Shown here one piece after another: positions 1 to 14,200 of a stretch of DNA of 64,000 nt. Each line of letters begins with the position of its first letter. The first letter of the stretch is position 1. The DNA comes from Convolutriloba macropyga (lineage: Eukaryota), in the NCBI RefSeq assembly GCF_964194025.1, contig NC_134480.1:18352001-18416000 (forward strand), read 5' to 3'. The position numbers and the translations under genes are program-made. The notes below the pieces were generated by a model. That model was not told where the DNA came from and searched no databases. It was given only the letters and a program-made list of their open reading frames with translations.

Positions 1-3000
1 ATTGAGGTTTATAATTAGAAAAGTGTTGAGTCTTAATTAAGGTAAAGTTATATCAACCTTCAGGCGCGTATCCTAGCGCCTAGCAGATCGATATCAGTTT
101 AAAAAACAATTTGTTTTTTTATTGGACGCCCCGAAGTGTCAATTAATAGTAAAAGAGGCGTCAAAAATCAAAAGTCCCCAGGTTGTTTGAGGGGACGGCA
201 ACTGAAATTGCTAATTGATGCCGCGTACAGAGATCTGTAATTGGCAATGAGAAAGCCTATGAAAACTCCAATGTAACCACAGCTGGAAAGTGTTTCAAAT
301 TGTTTAAAAAACTGGAGCAGGTAGCGAAAACATCCCTTCAGATTGCTTACGCATGCCTCAAAAGAGGCGTGCAACAAAAATTAAATTTGTTGTCACGGAC
401 AACGCCAGACTCAAGGAAAATTTTCACAGACGCAGAAGCCAACGTCCAAACGCACGTCCTACCGTCGTTCTTTGACTCTCCGTTGTCTCAATCCGTACGG
501 CGATTGTACTCGCTACCAACCCGGGAGGCCGGACATTACATCATAGAGCCAATAGATTAAGAAACGGAGGACACTGCTTCGCTGAGCGCATGCGCTTCTC
601 TTCAATATGAGGATCGAGTAAATTCTCATCTCACCCAAGAACGCATGACGCACGATTAGCGAATTGCACTCCTGAATATCATTTGATCGCGTAAGAAAGA
701 TTTTATGGAAAGCCTTCAGAACAAGCAACGCCACGTAATGGAAATGGTTTCGGAAAAAAGGAGCCTCAAAATGACTAAAAGCTCTACCGCTGAAACTCTA
801 CGGTTTTACTCTAATAAATTTCGAGTTTAGAGACGGGCTTTGCATTAGATATAATACTAAGGCCAAAATACACCCAACAATTGTCCATATGGTGAAAAGT
901 TTACCCTGTCAAATGCTCTCCACTTTTCTCACTAACCTAATAAAAAGCTGGCTACGCTTCAACGCTCGCAGTGTTCGGGCTACTTTGAAATGAATATCTC
1001 ACGAAAAACACCTCATTCGGGATTTGATAAAGCAAGACGAACAAAACGCTCAACTTAAGATTTTGGAAGCTCGTAAAACAGATTTTCTCTGCACGTTATC
1101 AGAAAACAAGCGTCACTTTTCTGGCTTGACATCAGAAAGAAGATTTCGAACTGTCTCAGCCTTTCCCATGAAACGCTACCGCTCTACATTCGTAAAATCG
1201 GAATTCTTTGATGGTTTGTGCATTCGATACAATCTTGAAAAAAAACCACATCGACTGTCATTACTATGAGGTCAACCTTGAGCAATCGCTTCAGTTGCTG
1301 GAATGCTTAATGTTTACAAGTCTAGCAATGAAGGCAACACTTGATTTGACATCGAACGGCTTGCTGGCATTGATTCAGTTGATCTTTCGTCGTTTTGAAG
1401 ATCTTTAATCCATTGGCCTAGTAATGCAAAAAACGCCATGGAAGCCTACAATAACCTCGAGGAAAACGTTTTTTAAAAAATGATCAATATAATTCTGGGA
1501 ATTAAAGAAAATAATTTTGATTCCGCTCTTGTTCTCCTGTGCGGGAGGCGCAATGCCTGCTGCAACACGCACTACAGAGCAACTAGCAAAGAAAATATCT
1601 AAAAACAGGAGATGACACATGGAGACGCAATGAAATACAATCAAAGAAGGATAAGATATGCAATCCTGCGTAGCGCAATTGTCTGTATCAAAGGTTGCTG
1701 TGGTACTAAGCGTGTAACTGAGGTTTATAATTCGAATAGTGTTGATTCCTAATTATTGTAAAATTATATCAACCTTCAGGCGCGTCTCCTAGTGCCTAGC
1801 AGATTGATATCAGTTTAAAATAAAATTGTTTTTTTATTGGACGCCCCGAAGTGTCAATTAATAGTAAAAGAGGCGTCAAAAATCAAAAGTCCCCAGGTTG
1901 TTTGAGGGGACGGCAACTGAAATTGCTAATTGATGCCGCGTACAGAGATCTGTAATTGGCAATGAGAAAGCTTATGAAAACTCCAATGTAACCACAGCTG
2001 GAAAGTGTTTCAAATTGTTTAAAAAACTGGAGCAGGTAGCGAAAACATCCCTTCAGATTGCTTACGCATGCCTCAAAAGAGGCGTGCAACAAAAATTAAA
2101 TTTGTTGTCACGGACAACGCCAGACTCAAGGAAAATTTTCACAGACGCAGAAGCCAACGTCCAAACGCACGTCCTACCGTCGTTCTTTGACTCTCCGTTG
2201 TCTCAATCCGTACGGCGATTGTACTCGCTACCAACCCGGGAGGCCGGACATTACATCATGGAGCCAATAGATTACAAAACGGAGGACACTGCCTGGGTGA
2301 CCGAATGCGCTTCTCTTCAATATGAGGATCGAGTAAATTCTCATCTCACCCAAGAACGCATAACGCACGATCAACGAATTGCACTCCTGAATATCACTCG
2401 CGTAAGAAAGATTTTATGGAAAGCCTTCAGAACAAGCAACGCCACGTAATGGAAATGGTTTCGGAAAAAAGGAGCCTCAAAATGACTAAAAGCTCTACCG
2501 CTGAAACTCTACGGTTTTACTCTAATAAATTTCGAGTTTAGAGACGGGCTTTGCATTAGATATAACACTAAGGCCAATATACACCCAACAATTGTCCATA
2601 TGGTGAAAAGTTTACCCTGTCAAATGCTCTCCACTTTTCTCACTAACCTAATAAAAAACTGGCTACGCTTCAACGCTCGCAGTGTTCGAGCTACTTTGAA
2701 ATGAATATCTCACGAAAAACACCTCATTCGGGATTTGATAAAGCAAGACGAACAAAACGCTCAACTTAGGATTTTGGAAGCTCGTAAAACAGATTTTCTC
2801 TGCACGTTATCAGAAAACAAGCGTCACATTTCTGGCTTGACATCAGAAAAAAGATTTCGAACTGTCTCAGCCTTTCCCATGAAACGCTACCGCTCTACAT
2901 TCATAAAATCGGAATTCTTTGATGGTTTGTGCATTCGATACAATCTTGAAAAAAAACCACATCGACTGTCATTACTATGAGGTCAACCTTGAGCAATCGC

Positions 3001-6000
3001 TTCAGTTGCCGGAATGCTTAATTTTTACAAGTCTAGCAATGAAGGCAACACTTGATTTGACATCGAACGGCTTGCTGGCATTGATTCAGTTGATCTTTCG
3101 TCGTTTTGAAGATCTTTAATCCATTGGCCTAGTAATGCAAAAAACGCCATGGAAGCCTACAATAACCTCGAGGAAAACGTTTTTTAAAAAATGATCAATA
3201 TAATTCTGGGAATTAAAGAAAATAATTTTGATTCCGCTCTTGTTCTCCTGTGCGGGAGGCGCAATGCCTGCTGCAACACGCACTAGAGAGCAACTAGCAA
3301 AGAAAATATCTAAAAACAGGAGATGACACATGAAGACGCAATGAAATACAATCAAAGAAGGATAAGATATGCAATCCTGCGTAGCGCAATTGTCTGTATC
3401 AAAGGTTGCTGTGGTACTAAGCTTGTAACTGAGGTTTATAATTCGAATAGTGTTGATTCCTAATTATTGAAAAATTATATCAACCTTCAGGCGCGTCTCC
3501 TAGTGCCTAGCAGATTGATATCAGTTTAAAATAAAATTGTTTTTTTATTGGACGCCCCGAAGTGTCGATTATTAGTAGAAGAGCCGTCAAAAATCAAAGG
3601 TACTCAGGTTGTTTGAGGGGACGGCAACAGGAATTTTTGATTGATGCCGCGTACAGGGATCTGTAATTGGCACTGAGAAAGCCTATGAGAACTCTAATGT
3701 AACCACAGCTGGAAAATGATCCAAGTTGTTTAAAAAACTGGAGCAGGTTGCGAAAGCATCCCTTCAGAATGCTTACACATGCCTCAAAAGAGGCGTGCAA
3801 CAAAAATTATTTTTGTTGTCACGGACAACGCCACACTCAAGGAATATCTTCACAGACGCAGAAGCCAACATCCAAACGCACGTCCTACCGTCGTCTTTTG
3901 ACTCTCCGTTGTCTCAATCCGAACGGCGATTGTACTCGATACAAACCCGGGAGGCCGGACATTACATCATGGAGCCAATAGATTACAAAACGGAGGACAC
4001 TGCCTGGGTGACCGAATGCGCTTCTCTTCAATATGAGGATCGAGTAAATTTTCATCTCACCCAAGAACGCATAACGCACGATCAACGAATTGCACTCCTG
4101 AATATCACTCGCGTAAGAAAGATTTTATGGAAAGCCTTCAGAACAAGCAACGCCACGTAATGGAAATGATTTCGGAAAAAAGGAGCCTCAAAATGACTAA
4201 AAGCTCTACCGCTGAAACTCTACGGTTTTACTCTAATAAATTTTGAGTTTAGAGACGGGCTATGCATTAGATATAACACTAAGGCCAAAATACACCCAAA
4301 AATTGTCCATATGGTGAAAAGTTTACCCTGTCAAATGCTCTCCACTTTTCTCACTAACCTAATAAAAAACTGGCTACGCTTCAACGCTCGCAGTGTTCGG
4401 GCTACTTTGAAATGAATATCTCACGAAAAACACCTCATTCGGGATTTGATAAACCAAGACGAACAAAACGCTCAACTTAGGATTTTGGAAGCTCGTAAAA
4501 CAGATTTTCTCTGCACGTTATCAGAAAACAAGCGTCACATTTCTGGCTTGACATCAGAAAAAAGATTTCGAACTGTCTCAGCCTTTCCCATGAAACGCTA
4601 CCGCTTTACATTCATAAAATCGGAATTCTTTGATGGTTTGTGCATTCGACACAATCTTGAAAAAAAAACCACATCGACTGTCATTACTATGAGGTCAACC
4701 TTGAGCAATCGCTTCAGTTGCCGGAATGCTTAATTTTTACAAGTCTAGCAATGAAGGCAACACTTGATTTGACATCGAACGGCTTGCTGGCATTGATTCA
4801 GTTGATCTTTCGTCGTTTTGAAGATCTTTAATCCATTGGCCTAGTAATGCAAAAAACGCCATGGAAGCCTACAATAACCTCGAGGAAAACGTTTTTTAAA
4901 AAATGATCAATATAATTCTGGGAATTAAAGAAAATAATTTTGATTCCGCTCTTGTTCTCCTGTGCGGGAGGCGCAATGCCTGCTGCAACACGCACTAGAG
5001 AGCAACTAGCAAAGAAAATATCTAAAAACAGGAGATGACACATGAAGACGCAATGAAATACAATCAAAGAAGGATAAGATATGCAATCCTGCGTAGCGCA
5101 ATTGTCTGTATCAAAGGTTGCTGTGGTACTAAGCGTGTAACTGAGGTTTATAATTCGAATAGTGTTGATTCCTAATTATTGTAAAATTATATCAACCTTC
5201 AGGCGCGTCTCCTAGTGCCTAGCAGATTAATATCAGTTTAAAATAAAAATTGTTTTTTTATTGGACGCCCCGAAGTGTCGATTATTAGTAGAAGAGACGG
5301 CAAAAATCAAAGGTACTCAGGTTGTTTGAGGGGACGGCAACAGGAATTACTGATTGATGCCGCGTACAGGGATCTGTAATTGGCAATGAGAAAGCCTATG
5401 AGAACTCTAATGTAACCACAGCTGGAAAATGATCCAAGTTGTTTAAAAAACTGGAGCAGGTTGCGAAAACATCCCTTCAGAATGCTTACACATGCCTCAA
5501 AAGAGGCGTGCAACAAAAATTATTTCTGTTGTCACGGACAACGCCACACTCAAGGAATATCTTCACAGACGCAGAAGCCAACATCCAAACGCACGTCCTA
5601 CCGTCGTCTTTTGACTCTCCGTTGTCTCAATCCGAACGGCGATTGTACTCGATACAAACCCGGGAGGCCGGACATTACATCTTGGAGCCAATAGATTACG
5701 AAACGGAGGACACTGCTTTGCTGACCGCATGCGCTTCTCTTCAATACAAGGATCGAGTAAATTCTCATCTCACCCAAGAACGCATAACGCACGATCAACG
5801 AATTGCACTCCTCAATATCATTCGATCGCGTAAAAAAGATCTTATGGAAAATCTTTAGACCAAGCAACACCACGTTATAGAAATGGTTTCGGAAAAAATG
5901 AGCCTCGAAATGACTAACAGCTCTACCGCTGAAACTCTACGGTTTTATTCTATTAAATATCAATTTTAGAGATGAGCTTTGCATTAGATATAACAATAAG

Positions 6001-7705
6001 GCCAAAATACACCCAGAAATTGTCCATATGGTGCAAAGTTTACCCTATCAAATGCTTTCCACTTTTCTCGCTAGCCTAATAAAAAACTGGCTACGCTGCA
6101 TCACTCGCTGTGTTCGGGCTTCTTTGAACTGAATATCTCCGAAAATCACCTCATTCGGGATTTAATCAAGCAAGACGAACAAAACGCTCAACTTAGGATT
6201 TTGTAAGCTCGTAAAACAGACTTTCTCTGCACGTTATCGGAAGACAAACGTCACATTGTTGGCTTGACATCATAGAAAAGCTCTCAAATTTGCCAATAAA
6301 ACGCTACCGCTCTACGTTCACAAAATCGGAATTCCTTGATGGTTTGTGCATTCGATACAATTTTGAAGCAAAAACCACATCGAATGTCATTGCCCTGAGG
6401 TCGACCTTGAGCAATCGCTTCAGTTGCTGGAATGCTTAATTTTTTACAACTTTAGCGATGAAGGCAACACTTGACCTGTCAGCAAACGGTTTAGCGCTGG
6501 CCAAATAACGCAAAAAAGCCATGGAAGCCTACAATAATCTCGAGGAAAACATTTTTTAAAATATGATCAACATAATTCTGGGAATTAAAAACAATAACTT
6601 TGATTCCGCTCGTGATCTCCTTCATGGGAGGCTCAATGCCTGCTGCAACACACTACAGACCAACTAGCAACCAAAACATTTAAAACGAGAAACCACACAT
6701 GCAGACGCAATGAAATACAATCAAAGGAGGATAAAATTTGCACTCCTGCGTAGCGCAATTGTCTGTCTCAAAGGCTGCTGTGGTACTAAGCGTGTAACTG
6801 AGGTTTATAATTCAAGTAGTGTTGAGTCCTAATTAAGGTTAAATAATATCAACCTTCAGGCGCGTCTCCTAGCCCCTAGCAGATCGATGTCAGTTTAAAA
6901 TACAATTTTTTATTGAATGCCCCGAAGTGTCAATTAATAGTAAAAGAGACGTCAAAAATCAAAGGTCCTCAGGTTGTTTGAGGGGACGGCAATTGAAATT
7001 GCTAATTGATGCCCCGTACAGGGATCTGTAATTGGCAATGAGAAATCCTGTGAGAACTCTCATGTAACCACAGCTGGAAAGTATTCAAATATTCCAAATT
7101 GTTTAAAAAATTGGGGCAGGTAGCAAAAACAAACCTTAAGATCGCTTACGCATGCATCAAAAGAGCCCTGCATTTGATGTCACGGACAACGCCAAACTCG
7201 GAATATCTTCACAGACGCAGAAGCCAACGTCCAAACGCACGTCCTACCGTCGTTCTTTGACTCTCTGTTGTCTCAATCCGCACGGCGATTGTACTCGCTA
7301 CCAACACGGGAGGGCGGACATTACATCATGGAGCCAATAGAGTACGTAATGGAGTACGCTGCTTCGCTAACCGCATGCGCTCCTCTTGGAGATGAGAATT
7401 GAGCAAATGCTCATCTCACCCAAGAACGCATAATGCACGATCAACAAACAGCACGCCCTAATATTATTCTTTCGCGTAAGAAGAATCTTTTGGAAAGCCT
7501 AAAGACCGAGCATCGCCACGTAATAGAAAAGGCTTCGGAAAAAGGAGCTTCGAACTGACTCACAGCTCTACCTCTTAAACGTTATGGTTTCACTCTAACG
7601 AAGTCCAAGTTTAGAGACGGGCTTGGCATTGGATATAACAATGAGGCCCAAAATACACCCATTATTTGTCCATATGGTGAAAAGTTTACCATATCACATG
7701 TTGTC
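1..7705 (+). repeat. Tandem array, ~1711-bp unit, at least 4.5 copies, derived from CRE-like non-LTR retrotransposon fragments; truncated by window start
   Basis: Landmark CCACTTT recurs at 920, 2631, 4342, 6059, 7705 (periods 1711, 1711, 1717, 1646); near-identical ORFs recur at 300/2015/3726/5439 and 1024/2735/4446. Confidence 0.97.
927..1750 (+). pseudogene. Second, more diverged CRE-like fragment (linker to C-terminus) forming the other half of each 1711-bp unit
   Basis: Translates across frameshifts as SAFPMKRY..KSEFFDGLCIRYN, KATLDLTSNGL, KIFNPLA, EAYNNLE, IPLLFSCAGGAMPAATRTTEQLAKKI, YAILRSAIVCIKGC, paralogous to the 7540-8294 sequence. Confidence 0.8.
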
Positions 7706-8294
7706 CACTTTGCGGAGGGGGTATACACACATTAGACAGAACGAGATCCGAGACACCTTTGCTAAATCATGCATGAGGTTTACTACGATGTCGAAGTTGA
7801 GGCGACTCTTCAGTTGCTTCAAGGCGAGTCATTTACTCACAAAACTACTAGCACTGTTGAAAACGCGCGACTACCCATTAAAGCGAATGGCCTACGGGGG
7901 TCGAGGTTCAGCCAATATGTCTTCGACGTGAAAATCTTTAACCTACTTGCCAAGTCATGCCCGAAAAACTCAGTAGAAGCGTACAAGTTTCATTAGCCGT
8001 TGAAGTACCTGAAGTATGAGCAACGAATACTTGACGTCGAGAAGTGTAACTTCGTTCCGCTCGTGGTTCCTGCAGGGGGGCGCAGGACCGTCCGAAACGC
8101 GCATTAATAAACAACTAGCGAGCAAAATTGCTGAAAAGAGGGACGAATCATACACCGACGCAATATTGTACTTACGCACGAAAGTAAATTTTGCTCTTTT
8201 ACGCGGCGCGATCATATGCCTCAGAGGTTTCCGTGGGTCCGACATTGATAGTTCTTGCAGTGCCTTAGTGTGGGAGGGGAGACTAGATTCATAA
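6915..8294 (+). mobile_element. Degenerate 3' half of a CRE-like non-LTR retrotransposon (RT thumb, linker, CCHC knuckle region, restriction-like endonuclease)
   Basis: Frameshifted translation gives APKCQLIVK..FEGTAIEI..SVIGNEK, ..YSLPTREGG, ASEKGASN*LTALPLKRYGFTLTKS.FRDG, GGYTHIRQNEIRDTFA, DVEVEATLQLLQGESF..ENARLPIKANGL.GSRF..FDVKIFN, KYEQRILDVEKCNFVPLV, KQLASKIAEKR..FALLRGAIICLRG. This matches the C-terminal motif order I recognise from metazoan CRE-clade elements. Stops and frameshifts present. Confidence 0.85.
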
Positions 8295-11200
8295 CAAATT
8301 AGCTTATGTAGAAAATCTATTCTTTTGACGCAGCTCAAAAATTTATAGTGCCTTGTCTTTAAAATTATATACGATGCAGGGATGTTTATATTTCTCATGA
8401 CGCATCTCTAAAAGAGATGTATTGCTTTGTCTTTGAATCTACATACGATGCAGTAATGTCTCATACAGGGGGATCAATACTCATCCATTGGATTGTCCTA
8501 CGTGGCTTAAGAACAAATCCCCTTTTGTTTTGTAGAAAAAAAGATAAATAAGAAATTTGTTTTTGCTGGAACTTTAAATACGCTGCTGTGATGTTTCGTA
8601 ATGGGGGCTCACTGTTCCTTTTATTGGGAAAACGCTCGACTACATATTAAAGCGAATAGCCTACGGGGGTCGAGGTTCAGTTGTTATTTCTTCGACCTGA
8701 AGATCTTTAAACCACTTGCCATGTCATGCCCGAAAAACTTAGTGGAAGCATACAAGTATCATAAGTCGTTGAAGTGCCTGAAGTATGAGCAACGAATACT
8801 TGATGTCAAAACCTGTAACCTCGTTCCGCTCGTGGTTCCTGCAGGGGGGCGCAGGACCGTCCGAAAAGGGCACTATTAAACAACTAGCGAGCAAAATTGC
8901 TGAAAAGAAGGACGAATCGTACTCCGACGCATTATTGTACGTACGCACGAAAATAAATTTTGCTCTTTTACGCGGCGCGGTCATATGCCTCAGAGGTTTC
9001 CGTGGGTCCGACATTGATAGCTCTTGCAGTGCCTTAGTGTGGGAGGGGAGACTAGATTCATAACAAATTAGCTTATGTAGCAATTCTATTCTTTTGACGC
9101 AGCTCAAAAAAAGTTATAGTGCCTTGTCTTTAAAATTATATACGATGCAGGGATGTTTATATTTCTCATGACGCATCTCTAAAAGAGATGTAGTGCTTTG
9201 TCTTTGAATCTACATACGATGCAGTAATGTCTCATACAGGGGGATCAATACTCATCCATTGGATTGTCCTACGTGGCTTAAGAACAAATCCCCTTTATTT
9301 TGTAGAAAAAAAGATAAAGAAGAAATTTGTTTTTGCTGGAACTTTAAATACGCTGCTGTGATGTTTCGTAATGGGGGCTCACTGTTCCTTCCATTGGGCA
9401 AACGCTCGACTACATATTAAAGCGAATAGCCTACGGGGGTTGAGGTTCAGTCGTTATTTCTTCGACCTGAAGATCTTTAAACCACTTGCCATGTCATGCC
9501 CGCAAAACTTAGTAGAAGCATACAAGTATCATTAGTCGTTGAAGTGCCTGAAGTATGAGCAACGAATACGTGATGTCGAAAAATGTAACTTCGTTCCGCT
9601 CGTGGTTCCTGCAGGGGGCGCAGGACCGTCCGAAACGGGCACTATTAAACAACTAGCGAGAAAAATTGCTGAAAAGAAGGACGAATCGTACTCCGACGCA
9701 TTATTGTACGTACGCACGAAAATAAATTTTGCTCTTTTACGCGGCGCGGTCATATGCCTCAGAGGTTGCCGTGGGTCCGACATTGATAGTTCTTGCAGTG
9801 CTTTAGTGCAGGACGGGAAACTAGTTTCATAACAAATTAGCTGATATAGAAATTCTATTCATTTGAAGCAGCTCTAAAAGAATTATAGTGCCTTGTCTTT
9901 AAAATTATATACGATGCAGTGATGTTTATATTTCTCATGACGCATCTCTAAAAGAGATGTAATGCTTTGTCTTTGAATCTACATACGATGCAGTAATGTC
10001 TCATACAGGGGGATCAATACTCATCCATTGGATTGTCCTACGTGGCTTAAGAACAAATCCCCTTTATTTTGTAGAAAAAAAGATAAAGAAGAAATTTGTT
10101 TTTGCTGGAACTTTAAATACGCTGCTGTGATGTTTCGTAATGGGGGCTCACTGTTCCTTCCATTGGGCAAACGCTCGACTACATATTAAAGCGAATAGCC
10201 TACGGGGGTTGAGGTTCAGTCGTTATTTCTTCGACCTGAAGATCTTTAAACCACTTGCCATGTCATGCCCGAAAAACTTAGTAGCAGCATACAAGTATCA
10301 TTAGTCGTTGAAGTGCCTGAAGTATGAGCAACGAATACGTGATGTCGAAAAATGTAACTTCGTTCCGCTCGTGGTTACTGCAGGGCGCGCAGGACCGTCC
10401 GAAACGGGCACTATTAAACAACTAGCGAGAAAAATTGCTGAAAAGAAGGACGAATCGTACTCCGACGCATTATTGTACGTACGCACGAAAATAAATTTTG
10501 CTCTTTTACGCGGCGCGGTCATATGCCTCAGAGGTTTCCGTGGGTCCGACATTGATAGCTCTTGCAGTGCCTTAGTGTGGGAGGGGAGACTAGATTCATA
10601 ACAAATTAGCTTATGTAGCAATTCTATTCTTTTGACGCAGCTCAAAAAAAGTTATAGTGCCTTGTCTTTAAAATTATATACGATGCAGGGATGTTTATAT
10701 TTCTCATGACGCATCTCTAAAAGAGATGTAGTGCTTTGTCTTTGAATCTACATACGATGCAGTAATGTCTCATACAGGGGGATCAATACTCATCCATTGG
10801 ATTGTCCTACGTGGCTTAAGAACAAATCCCCTTTATTTTGTAGAAAAAAAGATAAAGAAGAAATTTGTTTTTGCTGGAACTTTAAATACGCTGCTGTGAT
10901 GTTTCGTAATGGGGGCTCACTGTTCCTTCCATTGGGCAAACGCTCGACTACATATTAAAGCGAATAGCCTACGGGGGTTGAGGTTCAGTCGTTATTTCTT
11001 CGACCTGAAGATCTTTAAACCACTTGCCATGTCATGCCCGCAAAACTTAGTAGAAGCATACAAGTATCATTAGTCGTTGAAGTGCCTGAAGTATGAGCAA
11101 CGAATACGTGATGTCGAAAAATGTAACTTCGTTCCGCTCGTGGTTCCTGCAGGGGGCGCAGGACCGTCCGAAACGGGCACTATTAAACAACTAGCGAGAA

Positions 11201-14200
11201 AAATTGCTGAAAAGAAGGACGAATCGTACTCCGACGCATTATTGTACGTACGCACGAAAATAAATTTTGCTCTTTTACGCGGCGCGGTCATATGCCTCAG
11301 AGGTTGCCGTGGGTCCGACATTGATAGTTCTTGCAGTGCTTTAGTGCAGGACGGGAAACTAGTTTCATAACAAATTAGCTGATATAGAAATTCTATTCAT
11401 TTGAAGCAGCTCTAAAAGAATTATAGTGCCTTGTCTTTAAAATTATATACGATGCAGTGATGTTTATATTTCTCTTGACGCATCTCTAAAAGAGATGTAG
11501 TGCTTTGTCTTTGAAACTACATTCGATGCAGTAATGTCTCATAGAGGGTGATCAATACTCATCCATTGGATTGTCCTACGTGGCTTAAGAACAAATCCCC
11601 TTTATTTTGTAGAAAAAAAGATAGAGAAGAAGTTTGTTTTTGCTGGAACTTTAAATACGCTGCTGTGATGTTTCGTAATGAAAATCTTTAACCCACTTGC
11701 CAAGTCATGCCCGAAAAACTCAGTAGAAGCGTACAAGTTTCATTAGCCGTTGAAGTACCTGAAGTATGAGCAACGAATACTTGACGTCGAGAAGTGTAAC
11801 TTCGTTCCGCTCGTGGTTCCTGCAGGGGGGCGCAGGACCGTCCGAAATGCGCATTAATAAACAACTAGCGAGCAAAATTGCTGAAAAGAAGGACGAATCG
11901 TAGTCCGACGCATTATTGTACGTACGCAGGAAAATAAATTTTGCTCTTTTACGCGGCGCGGTCATATGCCTCAGAGGTTTCCGTGGGTCCGACATTGATA
12001 GTTCTTGCAGTGCCTTAGTGTGGGAGGGGAGACTAGATTCATAACAAATTAGCTTATGTAGCAATTCTATTCTTTTGACGCAGCTCAAAAAAAGTTATAG
12101 TGCCTTGTTTTTAAAATTATATACGATGCAGGGATGTTTATATTTCTCATGACGCATATCTAAAAGAGATGTATTGCTTTGTCTTTGAATCTACATACGA
12201 TGCAGTAATGTCTCATACAGGGGGATCAATACTCATCCATTGGATTGTCCTACGTGGCTTAAGAACAAATCCCCTTTATTTTGTAGAAAAAAAGATAAAT
12301 AAGAAATTTGTTTTTGCTGGAACTTTAAATACGCTGCTGTGATGTTTCGTAATGGGGGCTCACTGTTCCTTTCATTGGGAAAACGCTCGACTACATATTA
12401 AAGCGAATAGCCTACGGGGGTCGAAGTTCAGTTGTTATTTCTTCGACCTGAAGATCTTTAAACCACTTGCCATGTCATGCCCGAAAAACTTAGTAGAAGC
12501 ATACAAGTATCATAAGTCGTTGAAGTGCCTGAAGTATGAGCAACGAATACCTGATGTCAAAAAATGAAACCTCGTTCCGCTCGTGGCTCCTGCAGGGGGC
12601 GCAGGACCGTCCGAAAAGGGCACTATTAAACAACTAGCGAGCAAAATTGCTGAAAAGAAGGACGAATCGTACTCCGACGCATTATTGTACGTACGCAGGA
12701 AAATAAATTTTGCTCTTTTACGCGGCGCGGTCATATGCCTCAGAGGTTTCCGTGAGTCCGACATTGATAGTTCTTGCAGTGCCTTAGTGTGGGAGGGGAG
12801 ACTAGATTCATAACAAATTAGCTTATGTAGCAATTCTATTCTTTTGACGCAGCTCAAAAAAGTTATAGTGCCTTGTCTTTAAAATTATATACGATGCAGG
12901 GATGTTTATATTTCTCATGACGCATCTCTAAAAGAGATGTAGTGCTTTGTCTTTGAAACTACATTCGATGCAGTAATGTCTCATAGAGGGGGATCAATAC
13001 TCATCCATTGGATTGTCCTACGTGGCTTAAGAACAAATCCCCTTTATTTTGTAGAAAAAAGATAGAGAAGAAATTTGTTTTTGCTGGAACTTTAAATACG
13101 CTGTGGTGATGTTTCGTAATGTGGGCTCACTGTTCCGTTCTTTGGGAAAACGCTCGACTACACATTAAAGCGAATAGCCTACAGGGGTTGAGTTTCAGCC
13201 GTTATTTCTTCGACATGAAGATCTTTAAACCACTTACCATGCCATGCCCGCAAAACTCAGTAGAGGCATACAAGTATCATTAGTCTTTGAAAAGCCTGAA
13301 GTATGAGCAACAAATACTTGACGTCGAGAAGAGTAACTTTGTTCGGCTCGTGTTTTCCTGCATGAGGCGCAGGACCGTCCGAAACGCGAACTATTAAACA
13401 ACCAGCGAGCAAAATTGCTGAAAAGAAAGACGAATCATACTCTGACGCAATATTGTACATGCACACGAAAATAAGTTTTGCTCTTCTGCGTAGCGCTATC
13501 ATATGCCTCAGAGCGTGCCGTGGGTCCAACCTTGATTGTTCTTGCAGTGCCTTAGTGCGGGAGGGGAGACTAGTTTCATAACAAATTAGCTTATATAGAA
13601 ATTCTATTCCTTTGACGCAGCTCTAAAAGAATTATAGTGCCTTGTCTTTAAAATTATATACGATGCAGCGATGTTTATATTTCTCATGACGCATCTCTAA
13701 AAGAGATGTAGTGCTTTGTCTTTGAAGCTACACACGATGCAGTAATGTCTCATAGAGGGGGATCAATACTCATCCATTGGAATGTCCTACGTGGCTGAAG
13801 AACAAATCCCCTTTATTTTGTAGAAAAAAAAGATAAAGAAGAAATTCGTTTTTGCTGGAACTTTAAATACGCTGCTGTGATGTTTCGTAATGGGGGCTCA
13901 CTGTTACTTTCTTTGGGAAAACGCTCAACTACACATTAAAGCGAATAGCCTACAGGGGATGAGGTTCAGCCGTTATTTCTTCGACCTGAAGATCTTTAAA
14001 CCACTTACCATGCCATGCCCGCAAAACTCAGTAGAAGCATACAAGTATCATTAGTCGTTGAAAAGCCTGAAGTATGAGAAACGAACACTTGACGTCGAGA
14101 AGAGTAACTTTGTTCCGCTCGTGTTTTCCTTCATGGGGGGCAGGACCGTCCGAAACGCGAACTACTAAACAACCATTGAGCAAAATTGCTGAAAAGAAAG

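Noticed and set aside
6-50. GGTTTATAATTAGAAAAGTGTTGAG resembles nematode SL1, and some CRE/NeSL elements target SL genes
   Set aside because: It is not followed by a GT donor, lies in the element's C-terminal coding tail, varies between units, and has no convincing Sm site.
8403-8419. CATCTCT-AAA-AGAGATG hairpin as a conserved RNA structure in the spacer
   Set aside because: Variants in units 6, 10 and 11 break pairing without compensation.
9910-9930. CAGTGA in the spacer as an iron-responsive element for aconitase
   Set aside because: No C-bulge plus 5-bp upper stem, variable among units, and far from the ATG.
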